Positions 9,430 to 19,086 of a stretch of DNA of 64,000 bases are shown here, in pieces; position 1 is the stretch's first letter, and every line of letters begins with the position of its first letter. The translations under genes were made by a program, and so were the position numbers. The DNA is taken from IMG/VR virus record IMGVR_UViG_3300009550_000008; one strand, 5' to 3'. This DNA is from a virus. Below the pieces are notes generated by a model, which had not been told where the DNA came from, did no database searches, and worked only from the letters and a program-made list of their open reading frames with translations.

Positions 9430-10371
9430 ATGAATCAAGAATATCTATTCGTAGAAAAGTATCGACCTCAAACAATTGAGGATACGATACTTCCTGCGTC
9501 CCTAAAACAAACATTTCAAGACTTCGTCAAACAAGGTGAGATACCTAACCTTATGTTATGTGGTTCTGCTGGTGTTGGTAAAACAACCGTTGCAAAAGCA
9601 CTCTGTAATGAGTTAGGTGCAGACTTTATCGTAATCAATGGTTCCGATGAAGGGAGACTTATAGACACTCTTAGAACGAAGATTAAAAACTTTGCATCCA
9701 CGGTATCATTATCGGATGCACCCAAGGTTGTGATACTGGACGAGGCAGATTATATTTCTGCAGATTCAGTTCAACCAGCTTTGAGAAACTTCATCGAGGA
9801 GTTCTCAAGTAACTGTAGATTCATATTCACTTGTAATTACAAGAATAGAATCATACCACCATTACATTCAAGAACAACGGTGATCGATTTTGTCCTGACC
9901 CCTGACGAGAAACAAAGACTTGCTTCAGTGTTTCTTGCAAGACTCATGGAGATATGTACTACAGAAAATATCAAATTCGATCAAAAGGTTTTAGTTGAAC
10001 TTGTAATCAAGTTCTTCCCTGATTTCAGAAGATGTATTAATGAGGTTCAAAGGTATGGAGTCTCAGGAGAGATTGATAGTGGATTACTATCGACTCTTAA
10101 TGAAGAGAAACTTACACCTCTTATTGATATGTTGGCTGATAAGAATTGGGGAGGTATGAGAAAGTGGGTTGGTAAGAATTCAGATAATGATTTCAATACC
10201 CTCTATCGAAAACTCTTCAATGCATTGGAACAACGATTGGAACCTCAATCCATTCCAGCTGCAGTTTTGTTTATCGCTGATTACCAGTACAAGTCTGCTT
10301 TTGCTATGGATTCTGAGATTAATTTCGTTGCATGTTTAACTGAAATAATGTCGGAGTGTAAATTCAAATGA
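9430..10371 (+). CDS. 44: Clamp loader large subunit (T4 gp44)
   Basis: VEKYRPQ, GSAGVGKTT, ILDEAD, PLHSR. Confidence 0.96.
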   Translation: MNQEYLFVEKYRPQTIEDTILPASLKQTFQDFVKQGEIPNLMLCGSAGVGKTTVAKALCNELGADFIVINGSDEGRLIDTLRTKIKNFASTVSLSDAPKVVILDEADYISADSVQPALRNFIEEFSSNCRFIFTCNYKNRIIPPLHSRTTVIDFVLTPDEKQRLASVFLARLMEICTTENIKFDQKVLVELVIKFFPDFRRCINEVQRYGVSGEIDSGLLSTLNEEKLTPLIDMLADKNWGGMRKWVGKNSDNDFNTLYRKLFNALEQRLEPQSIPAAVLFIADYQYKSAFAMDSEINFVACLTEIMSECKFK

Positions 10372-10664
10372 CGCAATATGATGAGAGAGTAGATATGCAG
10401 AAGAAGATTCTTCTTGCAGAAGAGTACAAAGATAAACCTAAGTGGGTTCATGCACATAGTTTAACATCTATGTGGTATGAGACTGAGAAGACCGCTAAAG
10501 ATGCTGTAAAGGGTGTCTTGGATGTTCAGTATATGGATGGTAGAATCGAAAGGACAATGTCAAAGACTGGAAAGAAATACCTCATTCAAAAAGGTATGAC
10601 TGGTGAAGAGTTAGTTCAAGAGGTTACTAGAAATCTTGCAGACTCAGGTAGATCACTTGACTAA
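10368..10664 (+). CDS. Hypothetical protein
   Basis: ATGA-coupled ORF between gp44 and gp62. Confidence 0.7.
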   Translation: MTQYDERVDMQKKILLAEEYKDKPKWVHAHSLTSMWYETEKTAKDAVKGVLDVQYMDGRIERTMSKTGKKYLIQKGMTGEELVQEVTRNLADSGRSLD

Positions 10665-11049
10665 AAGAAATCCATTCGATTTTGTAAAGTCGGTCTCTTA
10701 CGACAAAAAAGATATCATGGTTGATGATATCGAAGAGAAAGCATATCAACCATTCTTAATTAATAAATCATTATCCTATCATCAGGATTCTGTTTTCCTT
10801 ACTAATGAAATGAATGTCAGGCATGGTGTAGACAACCGTCTTCAATACATGTTTTTCCTAAATACTCTTAGAAAAAGACAAAGATTTTCACAGTGGTCTA
10901 AGCCATATATTAGTAAGAAACTCGATACGGTAAAAGCATATTATCAGATATCTACAAAAGAAGCTAAAGACTATGTGGAACTATTGTCTGATAAACAGAT
11001 TCGAGAATTGAAAAACAGAATGAAAACTGGTGGTAAGGATAATGAATGA
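10657..11049 (+). CDS. 62: Clamp loader small subunit (T4 gp62)
   Basis: YQPFLINKSLS, LQYMFFLNTLRKRQRFSQW; probable TTG start. Confidence 0.9.
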   Translation: MTKRNPFDFVKSVSYDKKDIMVDDIEEKAYQPFLINKSLSYHQDSVFLTNEMNVRHGVDNRLQYMFFLNTLRKRQRFSQWSKPYISKKLDTVKAYYQISTKEAKDYVELLSDKQIRELKNRMKTGGKDNE

Positions 11050-11452
11050 CCAAGAAGATATAATAAAAGACCTTGTTGAGGTCACATTCCCCGAAAAAGA
11101 CGACTTCCTAAAGATTAGGGAAACACTTTCACGCATAGGTGTTGCAAGTAGAAGAGAACAAGAACTGTTTCAGTCTTGCCACATACTCCACAAAAGAGGT
11201 AAGTATTACATTACTCACTTCAAAGAACTCTTTAAACTAGATGGTAAACCTTCTAACATCGATGAATCAGATATCGGTAGAAGAAACACAATTGTAGGTT
11301 TACTGGAACAATGGAACCTAGTTACTGTTCTTAACAAACAACAAATAGCCGAACCAAAGGCACCACTCTCACAGATCAAAATCATTCCATTCAAGGAAAA
11401 AAGTGAGTGGAAATTAACCACTAAATACAGTATAGGCAGTAATAACTCCTAA
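11042..11452 (+). CDS. regA: Translational repressor RegA
   Basis: DDFLKIRETLSRIG, QSCHILHKRGKYYITHFKELF. Confidence 0.96.
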   Translation: MNDQEDIIKDLVEVTFPEKDDFLKIRETLSRIGVASRREQELFQSCHILHKRGKYYITHFKELFKLDGKPSNIDESDIGRRNTIVGLLEQWNLVTVLNKQQIAEPKAPLSQIKIIPFKEKSEWKLTTKYSIGSNNS

Positions 11453-11494
11453 ATATACCTACGAAAGATATTAATTTCTTTCGAAGGAGTAAAT

Positions 11495-11671
11495 ATGTTA
11501 GAATTCCTACAATGGATTATAGCATGGATACAGGTGATTCCTTGGTTAGTTATGGGTGCATCGTTAGTTGCAGCTCTAACTCCAACACCAGTTGATGATG
11601 GATTAGTCAAGAAAGCTTACAAAGTGCTTGATTGGTTTGCATTCAATGTTGGTAAAGCTAAGGATAAATAA
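11495..11671 (+). CDS. Small membrane protein, putative holin-like (not in ORF track)
   Basis: 58 aa MLEFLQWIIAW...ALTPTPVDDG...GKAKDK; AAGGAG RBS. Confidence 0.65.
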   Translation: MLEFLQWIIAWIQVIPWLVMGASLVAALTPTPVDDGLVKKAYKVLDWFAFNVGKAKDK

Positions 11672-11703
11672 GATAACAAACTATTAATAGTGAGGAATAT
11701 ATC

Positions 11704-11976
11704 ATGGAAATATCATACATAATCGTATTGATTGTCGTGGTTACAGTTGGATATCTTGCATGGAGAGATACATCAGAGGCACCTGCCCCTGCGAAGAAGG
11801 TTGCAAAACCTACTCCGAAGGCAGATGCAAATAACAATGGTGTAGTTTCCAAGGCAGAATTGAACAAACTGACTAAGGTTCAACTATTTGACTTTGCAGA
11901 GAAAAATTCTCTAAAAGTTAAAAAGTCAGGAACTAAAGCTGCGGTCGTGAATGAAATTTGGTCTCAACAGAGATAA
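11704..11976 (+). CDS. Membrane-anchored protein with EF-hand-like and HeH/Rho-N-like motifs
   Basis: N-terminal TM, P/A/K linker, DANNNGVVSKAE, LNKLTKVQL...TKAAVV. Confidence 0.65.
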   Translation: MEISYIIVLIVVVTVGYLAWRDTSEAPAPAKKVAKPTPKADANNNGVVSKAELNKLTKVQLFDFAEKNSLKVKKSGTKAAVVNEIWSQQR

Positions 11977-11999
11977 ATTCTTATTTACAAAACAACGAG

Positions 12000-12026
12000 A
12001 AGGGGACATTCAGTCCCCTTTTTTTT
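12000..12026 (+). terminator. Rho-independent terminator
   Basis: AAGGGGAC-ATTCA-GTCCCCTT followed by a T-run. Confidence 0.85.
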
Positions 12027-12070
12027 GGGCAAATCAGTGCCATAATGAACCTAAAATCATAAATAATCGT

Positions 12071-12364
12071 ATGGATATATTACAATTTATGAGTGAAGTC
12101 GGAGTACCTATTGGGAGTGCTGTCATTATGGCATTCTTTATTTTCCTAACTTTACGATATATCCTAGAATCAGTAGTAGGACAAGTAACTGGTTTGACTA
12201 ATATTATTAGTAGTTTAGAAAGTAGAGTGAGGATGATGAACAATGATATGATAAAGATTGATTTGTTAGTGTCAGCAGCTCTAGAACTCAAACCCGACAT
12301 TGATCGTATCGCAAGAGCAGAAAACTTTGTAGAAGATGACAAGATTGATGTTCGAAGAGACTAA
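12071..12364 (+). CDS. Single-TM coiled-coil protein, first gene of the curli operon
   Basis: TM segment then SRVRMMNNDMIKID; preceded by late-promoter-like CATAAATA. Confidence 0.75.
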   Translation: MDILQFMSEVGVPIGSAVIMAFFIFLTLRYILESVVGQVTGLTNIISSLESRVRMMNNDMIKIDLLVSAALELKPDIDRIARAENFVEDDKIDVRRD

Positions 12365-12660
12365 TGGAAAAGATAGCACAACTGATTTCAGAGTTTGGTT
12401 TTCCAGTGGTACTTGCCTTGGGAATGGGTTACTTTATCTTTTTCGTATGGAAGTTTGTCACTCAGACACTTAAACCAAGTTTAGGTAAGGGCAGTACCGA
12501 ACTCATTCGACTTCTAGATCAAATTAGGATGTTAGATAACGATCTTATTCGTCTTAAAAGTAAGGTGGATACAGTTTTAGAATACCGAGAGAAACAGGAA
12601 ATTCTAACGGATGCCGAAGAAAAAGAGGCATTACAGAGGTTAAAAAAAGATGAAAATTAA
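12364..12660 (+). CDS. Single-TM coiled-coil protein, paralog of the upstream gene
   Basis: SEFGFP vs SEVGVP; QIRMLDNDLIRL vs RVRMMNNDMIKI. Confidence 0.75.
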   Translation: MEKIAQLISEFGFPVVLALGMGYFIFFVWKFVTQTLKPSLGKGSTELIRLLDQIRMLDNDLIRLKSKVDTVLEYREKQEILTDAEEKEALQRLKKDEN

Positions 12661-13162
12661 TGGTACACATTTAGGTATTGCAGTAATGGTTCTGTTCTTT
12701 ACAGGACAATTATTTGCAGACGAAATAGTACACAAATTTAAAAATCCAAGCTTTAGTGGTATTGGTCAAGGAGCCCATTATTTGACAATCGAGAATCAAG
12801 AAAGTTCTCGTAAGAAAGCAATAGAAGATGCCTTGGATGCAGCGAGAAAAGCTGCAGAAAGAGAAGCAGACAATACAACGCTTGCCAAATTTATTAGAAA
12901 CCTTGAGAGTAGAATCTATGCTCAATTTGCAAAACAGCTAGTTGAATCAATGTTCTCAAATGATAATCCAGCAGGATTCGGCTCATTCGTATTAGAGGGT
13001 AATACAATTACATGGGAAATTATTACGGATGCAGGCGGTACAGAATTTATAAGATTAACAATCGTTGCCGAAGACGGGAGTTCTACAGTAGTTGAAATTC
13101 CAGTCGGTACAGGAAACTTTGGACAAGACCCTGATATTGGTGGCGGTGATGGAGGAGGTTGA
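12650..13162 (+). CDS. csgF: Curli assembly component CsgF
   Basis: Signal peptide then ADEIVHKFKNPSFSG; FIRNLESRIYAQ; adjacent to csgG. Confidence 0.85.
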   Translation: MKINGTHLGIAVMVLFFTGQLFADEIVHKFKNPSFSGIGQGAHYLTIENQESSRKKAIEDALDAARKAAEREADNTTLAKFIRNLESRIYAQFAKQLVESMFSNDNPAGFGSFVLEGNTITWEIITDAGGTEFIRLTIVAEDGSSTVVEIPVGTGNFGQDPDIGGGDGGG

Positions 13163-14076
13163 TGTTGAGACTTTTAACAATATCACTCCTCGTAATGTTG
13201 AGTGGATGTGCCTCTGTTCCTAAGTGGTCAGAAGGCCCAGCAGATTGTGCATATGAGACTGGAAGGTTCGATGAAGGTTTCGGAAGGGATGTAGTAACTG
13301 GCGTTGCAAAGTCAGTCACTAGGAATTACATTTGTGTTGAAAGTCCCGAAGTTGTAAGACTTCCTTCTTACATACAATTATTAGAATTACCACCAGCAAA
13401 AGAACAACCAATAGTTGCAGTCTATACCTTTATGGATAAGACTGGACAAAGAAAAGCCAGAGAAGGCATTGCAGATTTCTCTACTGCAGTAACACAGGGT
13501 GCAACCGAAATGGTAATTGATGCACTGAAAACAGCTGGTGATGGTACATGGTTTAGAGTCGTTGAAAGAAACGGTATCGACCATTTAGTTAGAGAAAGAC
13601 AGATCATTCGTTCTGCAAGAACAGACTTTGCAAATAAGACTGGACAATCAGACGAGGGAATACAGCCACTGCTCTTTGCGGGCATTATAATAGAAGGTGG
13701 CGTAATTGGGTATGATACTAACCTCCAAACTGGTGGACGAGGCGCACGGACACTCGGTATTGGGATTAGTAAACAGTATCGTCAAGATGCTGTTACAGTA
13801 AGTATGAGAGCCGTATCGGTTCTAACAGGTGAAGTATTAATGAATGTCCAAACACGAAAAACCATTTTATCATATGGTAATTCAGGGGATGTCTTCCGAT
13901 TCATCGAAGAAGGAACCCAGTTGTTAGAGTTTGAGGACGGAGTTGGAAATAATGAATCAGTGACTTACGCAACACGAACAGCAATTGAAGCTGCAGTGTT
14001 GGAATTAGTATACCAAGGCCATCATAGAGGGTTTTGGGAAATAGAGGGGTATAACGAAAATGAAGAAACTAATTAG
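13162..14076 (+). CDS. csgG: Curli secretion channel lipoprotein CsgG
   Basis: Lipobox LSGC; VAVYTFMDKTGQRK, FSTAVTQGA, WFRVVER, ERQIIR, EGGVIGYD. Confidence 0.95.
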   Translation: MLRLLTISLLVMLSGCASVPKWSEGPADCAYETGRFDEGFGRDVVTGVAKSVTRNYICVESPEVVRLPSYIQLLELPPAKEQPIVAVYTFMDKTGQRKAREGIADFSTAVTQGATEMVIDALKTAGDGTWFRVVERNGIDHLVRERQIIRSARTDFANKTGQSDEGIQPLLFAGIIIEGGVIGYDTNLQTGGRGARTLGIGISKQYRQDAVTVSMRAVSVLTGEVLMNVQTRKTILSYGNSGDVFRFIEEGTQLLEFEDGVGNNESVTYATRTAIEAAVLELVYQGHHRGFWEIEGYNENEETN

Positions 14077-14797
14077 TTTAGTCTTTGGACTACTATTGTC
14101 GACAAACATTCTTTTCGCACAAGCCACTGATGATAACGAAATTAAGATTGAACAAGCTGGTGACACGCTTAAACTATACATCGATCAAATCGGTTTTGGT
14201 AACAAAATTGGTGGAGACGATGCAAGTGGTGGGTCATTATCAAATATGGAAATCACTGGTGGTGGTTTAGAATTTGATCTTGATTTTTCAGGGAACCAAA
14301 ACATTTTGTTCGGGCCACTAAAATCTGACGATTCGACTTACAAGTTAGATTTTACAGGTGACTCAAATAAGATTGATTGGAATATCGGTTACATTGGTAG
14401 TACGGATGACTCAGATATTAACTTTGATGTTACTGGAGACAGTAACCAATTTGATTTAGATCAAGGTTATGCTTTATCCGCAGAAAGATTGAATGCCGAC
14501 TTAATATTAATCGGAGACTCGAATATTTTTGATGTTGATTGGGAATCAGATGACTTAACATGGAACTTTGATATCACAGGTGATTCTAACAATATTAACA
14601 CATTACAAAAAGATGGAGAACAATATTTAAAATTGACTCTTGAAGGTGATAGTGCTGATATTGATATTAATCAGTTGTCAGGAACATGTGTAGGAGGTTC
14701 GCCTTGTGCAACACCTAATGCACATATTACATTAGATATCGATAGTGAAAATGCAATCATTCAGATCACTCAGAAAGACGCAGCTAACGATACTTAG
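14060..14797 (+). CDS. Secreted acidic curlin-like beta-solenoid protein
   Basis: Signal peptide; repeated (T/I)GDSN/GxxN strands; C-terminal Cys pair. Confidence 0.7.
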   Translation: MKKLISLVFGLLLSTNILFAQATDDNEIKIEQAGDTLKLYIDQIGFGNKIGGDDASGGSLSNMEITGGGLEFDLDFSGNQNILFGPLKSDDSTYKLDFTGDSNKIDWNIGYIGSTDDSDINFDVTGDSNQFDLDQGYALSAERLNADLILIGDSNIFDVDWESDDLTWNFDITGDSNNINTLQKDGEQYLKLTLEGDSADIDINQLSGTCVGGSPCATPNAHITLDIDSENAIIQITQKDAANDT

Positions 14798-15905
14798 TAC
14801 ATTGTTCATCAGTGGGGTTTTGCATGCTCAAGACCCCATTGGAGACATTGTCGAGTCTACTGGTATCGGACAGATACTACGCAACAACTCAGTTGTTGAG
14901 AATAATGTAGGCTCCAATATACAATTATATGATGTTGCAGAGACCGTTAATGGTCGAATGAAAATAGAGTTCTTAGATGATGAAGAACTAGACCTCATAG
15001 AACATACAGAAGTATACATCGATGAAGTATACTACGACCCTAATCCATCATTATCAAAGATGTCACTTAGAATGGTTCAGGGAACCGCCCGTTTTGCTTC
15101 GGGCAAAGGTAATAAGATCAAGAAAGCAAACATAGACATCAGCACACCGACAGCACAAATTGCAATCAACGGTACAGATTTCACAACTACAATCGATGAA
15201 TTGGGAAGGACACTTGTTATTCTGCTTCCTGATGCAGATGGTATTACACCATCAGGGGAGATTGTAGTATCAAACGAAGGTGGAGAGGTTGTCCTGAATC
15301 AAGCGTTTCAGGCAACAATGGTATCCACAATAGAAACACCACCTACAGGTGCAGTAGTAATCAATAATTTAACAACCAGTATGATCGATAACATGTTCAT
15401 TGTATCACCGCCTCAGGAGGTCAAACAGGCCGTAGAAGAACAGGTAAGGGATGATATGAACGATGACCAAGGGATACTCGATGTAGACTTCCTCGAATTT
15501 GATGGTTTAGATGGTGATATCGACACATATTCAGAAGGTGAAACATTAGAAGAAACAAGTAGATTGGATATCGATTACCTCGATGTAGACTTCCTTACCA
15601 ATGTCTTAGATGTTGTTGAAGCACTAATTAAAACAACTGCAAAATTACAAGATAAACAATCATCAGGTGGTGGAGGAACAGCTAGATTAGTTGGAGCTCA
15701 GTTTGGATTCAATAAAGACTCACAGTTTAATGTCTTTGAAGAGGATGGAAATCTAGTATTTTTTAGATCAGTTAATGGTGTTATTGAGATTGTCATTCAG
15801 AGTGGTAACTCAGGATTCATGGATTTAAGGGTTGGAGACTACGAAGGAGTCATAGAATTTGGTGGTGGAGACCCAGCAATTCAAATCTTTATTAACCAGC
15901 AGTAA
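14745..15905 (+). CDS. Exported FecR-domain protein
   Basis: Signal peptide; GTARFASG, ISTPTAQIAINGTDF, GEIVVSN. Confidence 0.85.
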   Translation: MKMQSFRSLRKTQLTILSTLFISGVLHAQDPIGDIVESTGIGQILRNNSVVENNVGSNIQLYDVAETVNGRMKIEFLDDEELDLIEHTEVYIDEVYYDPNPSLSKMSLRMVQGTARFASGKGNKIKKANIDISTPTAQIAINGTDFTTTIDELGRTLVILLPDADGITPSGEIVVSNEGGEVVLNQAFQATMVSTIETPPTGAVVINNLTTSMIDNMFIVSPPQEVKQAVEEQVRDDMNDDQGILDVDFLEFDGLDGDIDTYSEGETLEETSRLDIDYLDVDFLTNVLDVVEALIKTTAKLQDKQSSGGGGTARLVGAQFGFNKDSQFNVFEEDGNLVFFRSVNGVIEIVIQSGNSGFMDLRVGDYEGVIEFGGGDPAIQIFINQQ

Positions 15906-15941
15906 CCAAAATAACTAAATACTTGTTTGTAGGAGAGAAAT

Positions 15942-16088
15942 ATGGAATATCTAAATCGGTTTTTAGATTGGCATGAAGCCTTAACATACAAATGGATAGA
16001 AAGATTAGAGATAACAGAATACCACGCAATGTGGGTTGGTTACTTTAAAGGACTTTTGTTAGGACTACTACTATGGTGGATTTTTTAA
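15942..16088 (+). CDS. Small membrane protein (not in ORF track)
   Basis: 48 aa MEYLNRFLDWHE...GLLLGLLLWWIF; AGGAGAG RBS. Confidence 0.6.
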   Translation: MEYLNRFLDWHEALTYKWIERLEITEYHAMWVGYFKGLLLGLLLWWIF

Positions 16089-16777
16089 AAAACTTTTGGA
16101 AGAAATTAGATGCATTCGGAATCACATTACTGTTTGCATTACTATTTTTTATCGCTATGGGTGCATATGCAGGCCCGTCAGATGACAACCATGTTCATGT
16201 CGAACAGGTAGGAAATGGTGGTGATGATGTATCACTAACTATCGCTCAGCTTGGTTATGGTAACAAAGTTGAATTTTCTTTTGCACACTCCGATAACATA
16301 TTTAATTTGACTCAGAATGGTTCAGGTAACTATGTTGGTTGGGTCTCATATTGGGGTTCAGGAAAAAATTGGGGTGGTGATGTAGATGGTACAGATAACA
16401 ATGAAGTTGTAGTACAATTTGATGGTGCAACATATGGTAGACACTTATGGGGCAACAATAATGATGTCGATGTATATCAAAATGGAGATCATACATTTAA
16501 CCTAGATGTTCATGCAGACGATACAAATGTAGAAGCCTGGCAAGAAGGTTCAGGAAGTCACTATGCACATTCATACTTCTATGGTACAGCAGATGGTTCA
16601 GATGTTGATCTAGAACAAAAAGGTAATGCAAATCATAATGCACAAATTAGGCTTCAAGGTACTGAACCCACAACACTAAATCTATTACAACAAGGTACAA
16701 CTAATCAGAGTTATAGTGTAACTCAAAACTGTTTTACAGTTGGTGGTTGTAGTCTAACTGTAACTCAAGGAAACTAA
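16073..16777 (+). CDS. Curlin-repeat protein (CsgA/CsgB-like)
   Basis: Signal peptide; QxGxxN-type repeats (AQLGYGN, TQNGSGN, EQKGNAN, QQGTTN); terminal CxxxxxC. Confidence 0.82.
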   Translation: MVDFLKNFWKKLDAFGITLLFALLFFIAMGAYAGPSDDNHVHVEQVGNGGDDVSLTIAQLGYGNKVEFSFAHSDNIFNLTQNGSGNYVGWVSYWGSGKNWGGDVDGTDNNEVVVQFDGATYGRHLWGNNNDVDVYQNGDHTFNLDVHADDTNVEAWQEGSGSHYAHSYFYGTADGSDVDLEQKGNANHNAQIRLQGTEPTTLNLLQQGTTNQSYSVTQNCFTVGGCSLTVTQGN

Positions 16778-16941
16778 TGAAACAGTGGTTATTTAATAAG
16801 ATGGCTCCGTATGCCATCCAATTCAGAGAGTGGTCTAAAGGAAAGACTTGGATACAAATTCCATTATGGATACTTATATTATGGATGTTAGGATTTGCTA
16901 ATCCTATTTGGTGTGTTTATCCAGTCTGCTGGATTCAGTAA
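16777..16941 (+). CDS. Small Trp-rich membrane protein (not in ORF track)
   Basis: 54 aa, TAATG-coupled at both ends. Confidence 0.6.
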   Translation: MKQWLFNKMAPYAIQFREWSKGKTWIQIPLWILILWMLGFANPIWCVYPVCWIQ

Positions 16942-18779
16942 TGTATTCTTGGAAGACTGTATTAGTGACCATCGGGTTACTATTTGGACTTAAAGTTTGG
17001 AATCCCTATCTAATAGAAAACATCACATGGTCGTGGTTCGACTTCTTACATCAATCACATGAGGTAGAACAAGTAGAAGATATAGTTCTAGTTGATATCG
17101 ATGAGAAGTCATTAGAGAAGTATGGTCAGTATCCATGGCCAAGAAACATTTATGCAGATATCATGTTGGAATCACATTATTCCAATACACATGTATATAC
17201 TCAATTATTCAAAGAACCCGATAGATTTGACGGAGATGCTAAATTTGCAGAGGGTTTAGTTAATCGCTTATCGATACTTTCAGCAGCTCCAACAATTCAG
17301 AAAGATACTGGTACTGCACCGTTTGTGAGGACATCGGTCTTCGGCGGTGGCGAGATTAAAGATCATATTTGGAACTTTTCAGGCATTGCATCACCCGTTG
17401 AGATGCTAATGGCAAATTCATATGGTGTTGGCGTCACGGTTGCAACTCCGTCAATATCAGGTACACCAAACTTTGACGGGACGATTCGTTCTGCACCACT
17501 TATAGTATCTGCAAACGATCAGATATATCCATCCGTTGCACTGGAAGTGCTTCGTGCATTTGGAGATCATAAAAATTATCAGACAAGGGTTACACCCGAA
17601 GTTGGAATCGAGTGGATTCGTATGGGTCGATCTACACCCATTGAAACAACACCTACTGCAGATATTCAGATTGCATACTGGTATGACTTTGAGAGAATAT
17701 CTGCAGCTGATTTATCAGAGTCAGACTTACAAGGTAAGATACTTGTATGGGGTCTAACTGCAGAAGGACTTAATAATCCATCTTCAACCCCAGTGGGTGT
17801 AATGTATCCCCATCAAGTTCAAGCCTCAGTCCTCCAGTCCGTCTTGCAAGAAGTTCGAATACAACAATCCTACTATCTTGAATTTTTGTCTCTCGTTCTT
17901 CTTCTGTCAGTCCTTCTAGGAATACTGGGAGTGGTTTACACACTTCCCACAGCCTTTGCGGGGATAGTGAGTTTAACTTTCGTTGGATTTCAGGTGGGTG
18001 GGGGTTTCTATTGGTGGTCTTCATCTCTCGTTCTTTTCGATACTTTCTACTCATCGATTGCCTCCATGATTGTGTTTGGACACGCATCCTTCAACAAATA
18101 CTATAAGACCTATCAACTCAAAGAACAAATTAAGATGCAGTTCCAAAAATATTTATCTCCTGACATGGTTGACGAACTGGCTAAAAACCCTGAAAAATTG
18201 AGACTTGGTGGAGAAAGAAAGGAGATGACATTCATGTTTATGGACATATGTGGGTTCACTCCGATCAGTGAAGCTTACAAGAATAATGATGACCCCGAGG
18301 GATTAGTAGACTTGATAAACAAATTCCTTGATGTTCAAACCAAGATAATAATAAATAATGGAGGAACCATAGACAAATACATGGGCGATTGCATCATGGC
18401 ATTTTGGAATGCTCCATTGGATTGCGAAGAACATGCAGAACTTGCTGTTAAGTCTGCAGAAGAAGTATTAATTGCAACCAAGGAACTCAATGAAGAACTT
18501 AAACCTCTTAATCTGCCTCCTATTAATGTCGGTATCGGCATCAGCACAGGAGAATGTATTGTCGGAAACATGGGGTCAGAAGTTAGATTTGACTATTCCG
18601 TCATTGGAGACGCCGTCAACTTGGGTGCTAGACTCGAAGGACAAACGAGAAATTATGATGGGGTGGACTTGTTGTTATCGGAAAGAACTTATCAACTATG
18701 TCCAAACAGAGCATTTACTCAAGTCGACAGAATTAATGTCAAGGGCAAATCCGAGAAGGTTACAATATACACTTGTTGA
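16941..18779 (+). CDS. CHASE2-domain class III adenylate/guanylate cyclase
   Basis: IVLVDIDEKSL...GQYPWPR (CHASE2), three TMs, FMDICGFT, DKYMGDCIMAFW, GIGISTG, IGDAVNLGARLE. Confidence 0.95.
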   Translation: MYSWKTVLVTIGLLFGLKVWNPYLIENITWSWFDFLHQSHEVEQVEDIVLVDIDEKSLEKYGQYPWPRNIYADIMLESHYSNTHVYTQLFKEPDRFDGDAKFAEGLVNRLSILSAAPTIQKDTGTAPFVRTSVFGGGEIKDHIWNFSGIASPVEMLMANSYGVGVTVATPSISGTPNFDGTIRSAPLIVSANDQIYPSVALEVLRAFGDHKNYQTRVTPEVGIEWIRMGRSTPIETTPTADIQIAYWYDFERISAADLSESDLQGKILVWGLTAEGLNNPSSTPVGVMYPHQVQASVLQSVLQEVRIQQSYYLEFLSLVLLLSVLLGILGVVYTLPTAFAGIVSLTFVGFQVGGGFYWWSSSLVLFDTFYSSIASMIVFGHASFNKYYKTYQLKEQIKMQFQKYLSPDMVDELAKNPEKLRLGGERKEMTFMFMDICGFTPISEAYKNNDDPEGLVDLINKFLDVQTKIIINNGGTIDKYMGDCIMAFWNAPLDCEEHAELAVKSAEEVLIATKELNEELKPLNLPPINVGIGISTGECIVGNMGSEVRFDYSVIGDAVNLGARLEGQTRNYDGVDLLLSERTYQLCPNRAFTQVDRINVKGKSEKVTIYTC

Positions 18780-19086
18780 ACCTATAACTAATTTTCAATG
18801 GGGTTCATTTGTAACCCTTCAACTTCTTGATATGTACTCTACCTATAAAGGATTACAATACGATTGTGTATATGAAGCTAATCCTATCATGGGTGAACAA
18901 CCCTCAGTAATAAAAATGGGTATAACAAAGTTTGTTGTACTTTATCCAGCAGTAACAGCTGAACGCAATGGTCGAGAATTAAGTGAACAAAACATGAGAA
19001 ATATTAATAGACTTATGTCTATAGTTATCATGAACAATATGTCAGTCGTTAATAAAGCAAAAAGAAATTGCACAAAAAGGCCTTGA
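18490..19086 (+). CDS. Hypothetical membrane/exported protein; start uncertain (18490 overprinted on the cyclase, or 18736)
   Basis: C-terminal QLLDMYST...YEANPIMG motif; upstream in-frame signal peptide with AAGGA RBS. Confidence 0.55.
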   Translation: MKNLNLLICLLLMSVSASAQENVLSETWGQKLDLTIPSLETPSTWVLDSKDKREIMMGWTCCYRKELINYVQTEHLLKSTELMSRANPRRLQYTLVEPITNFQWGSFVTLQLLDMYSTYKGLQYDCVYEANPIMGEQPSVIKMGITKFVVLYPAVTAERNGRELSEQNMRNINRLMSIVIMNNMSVVNKAKRNCTKRP

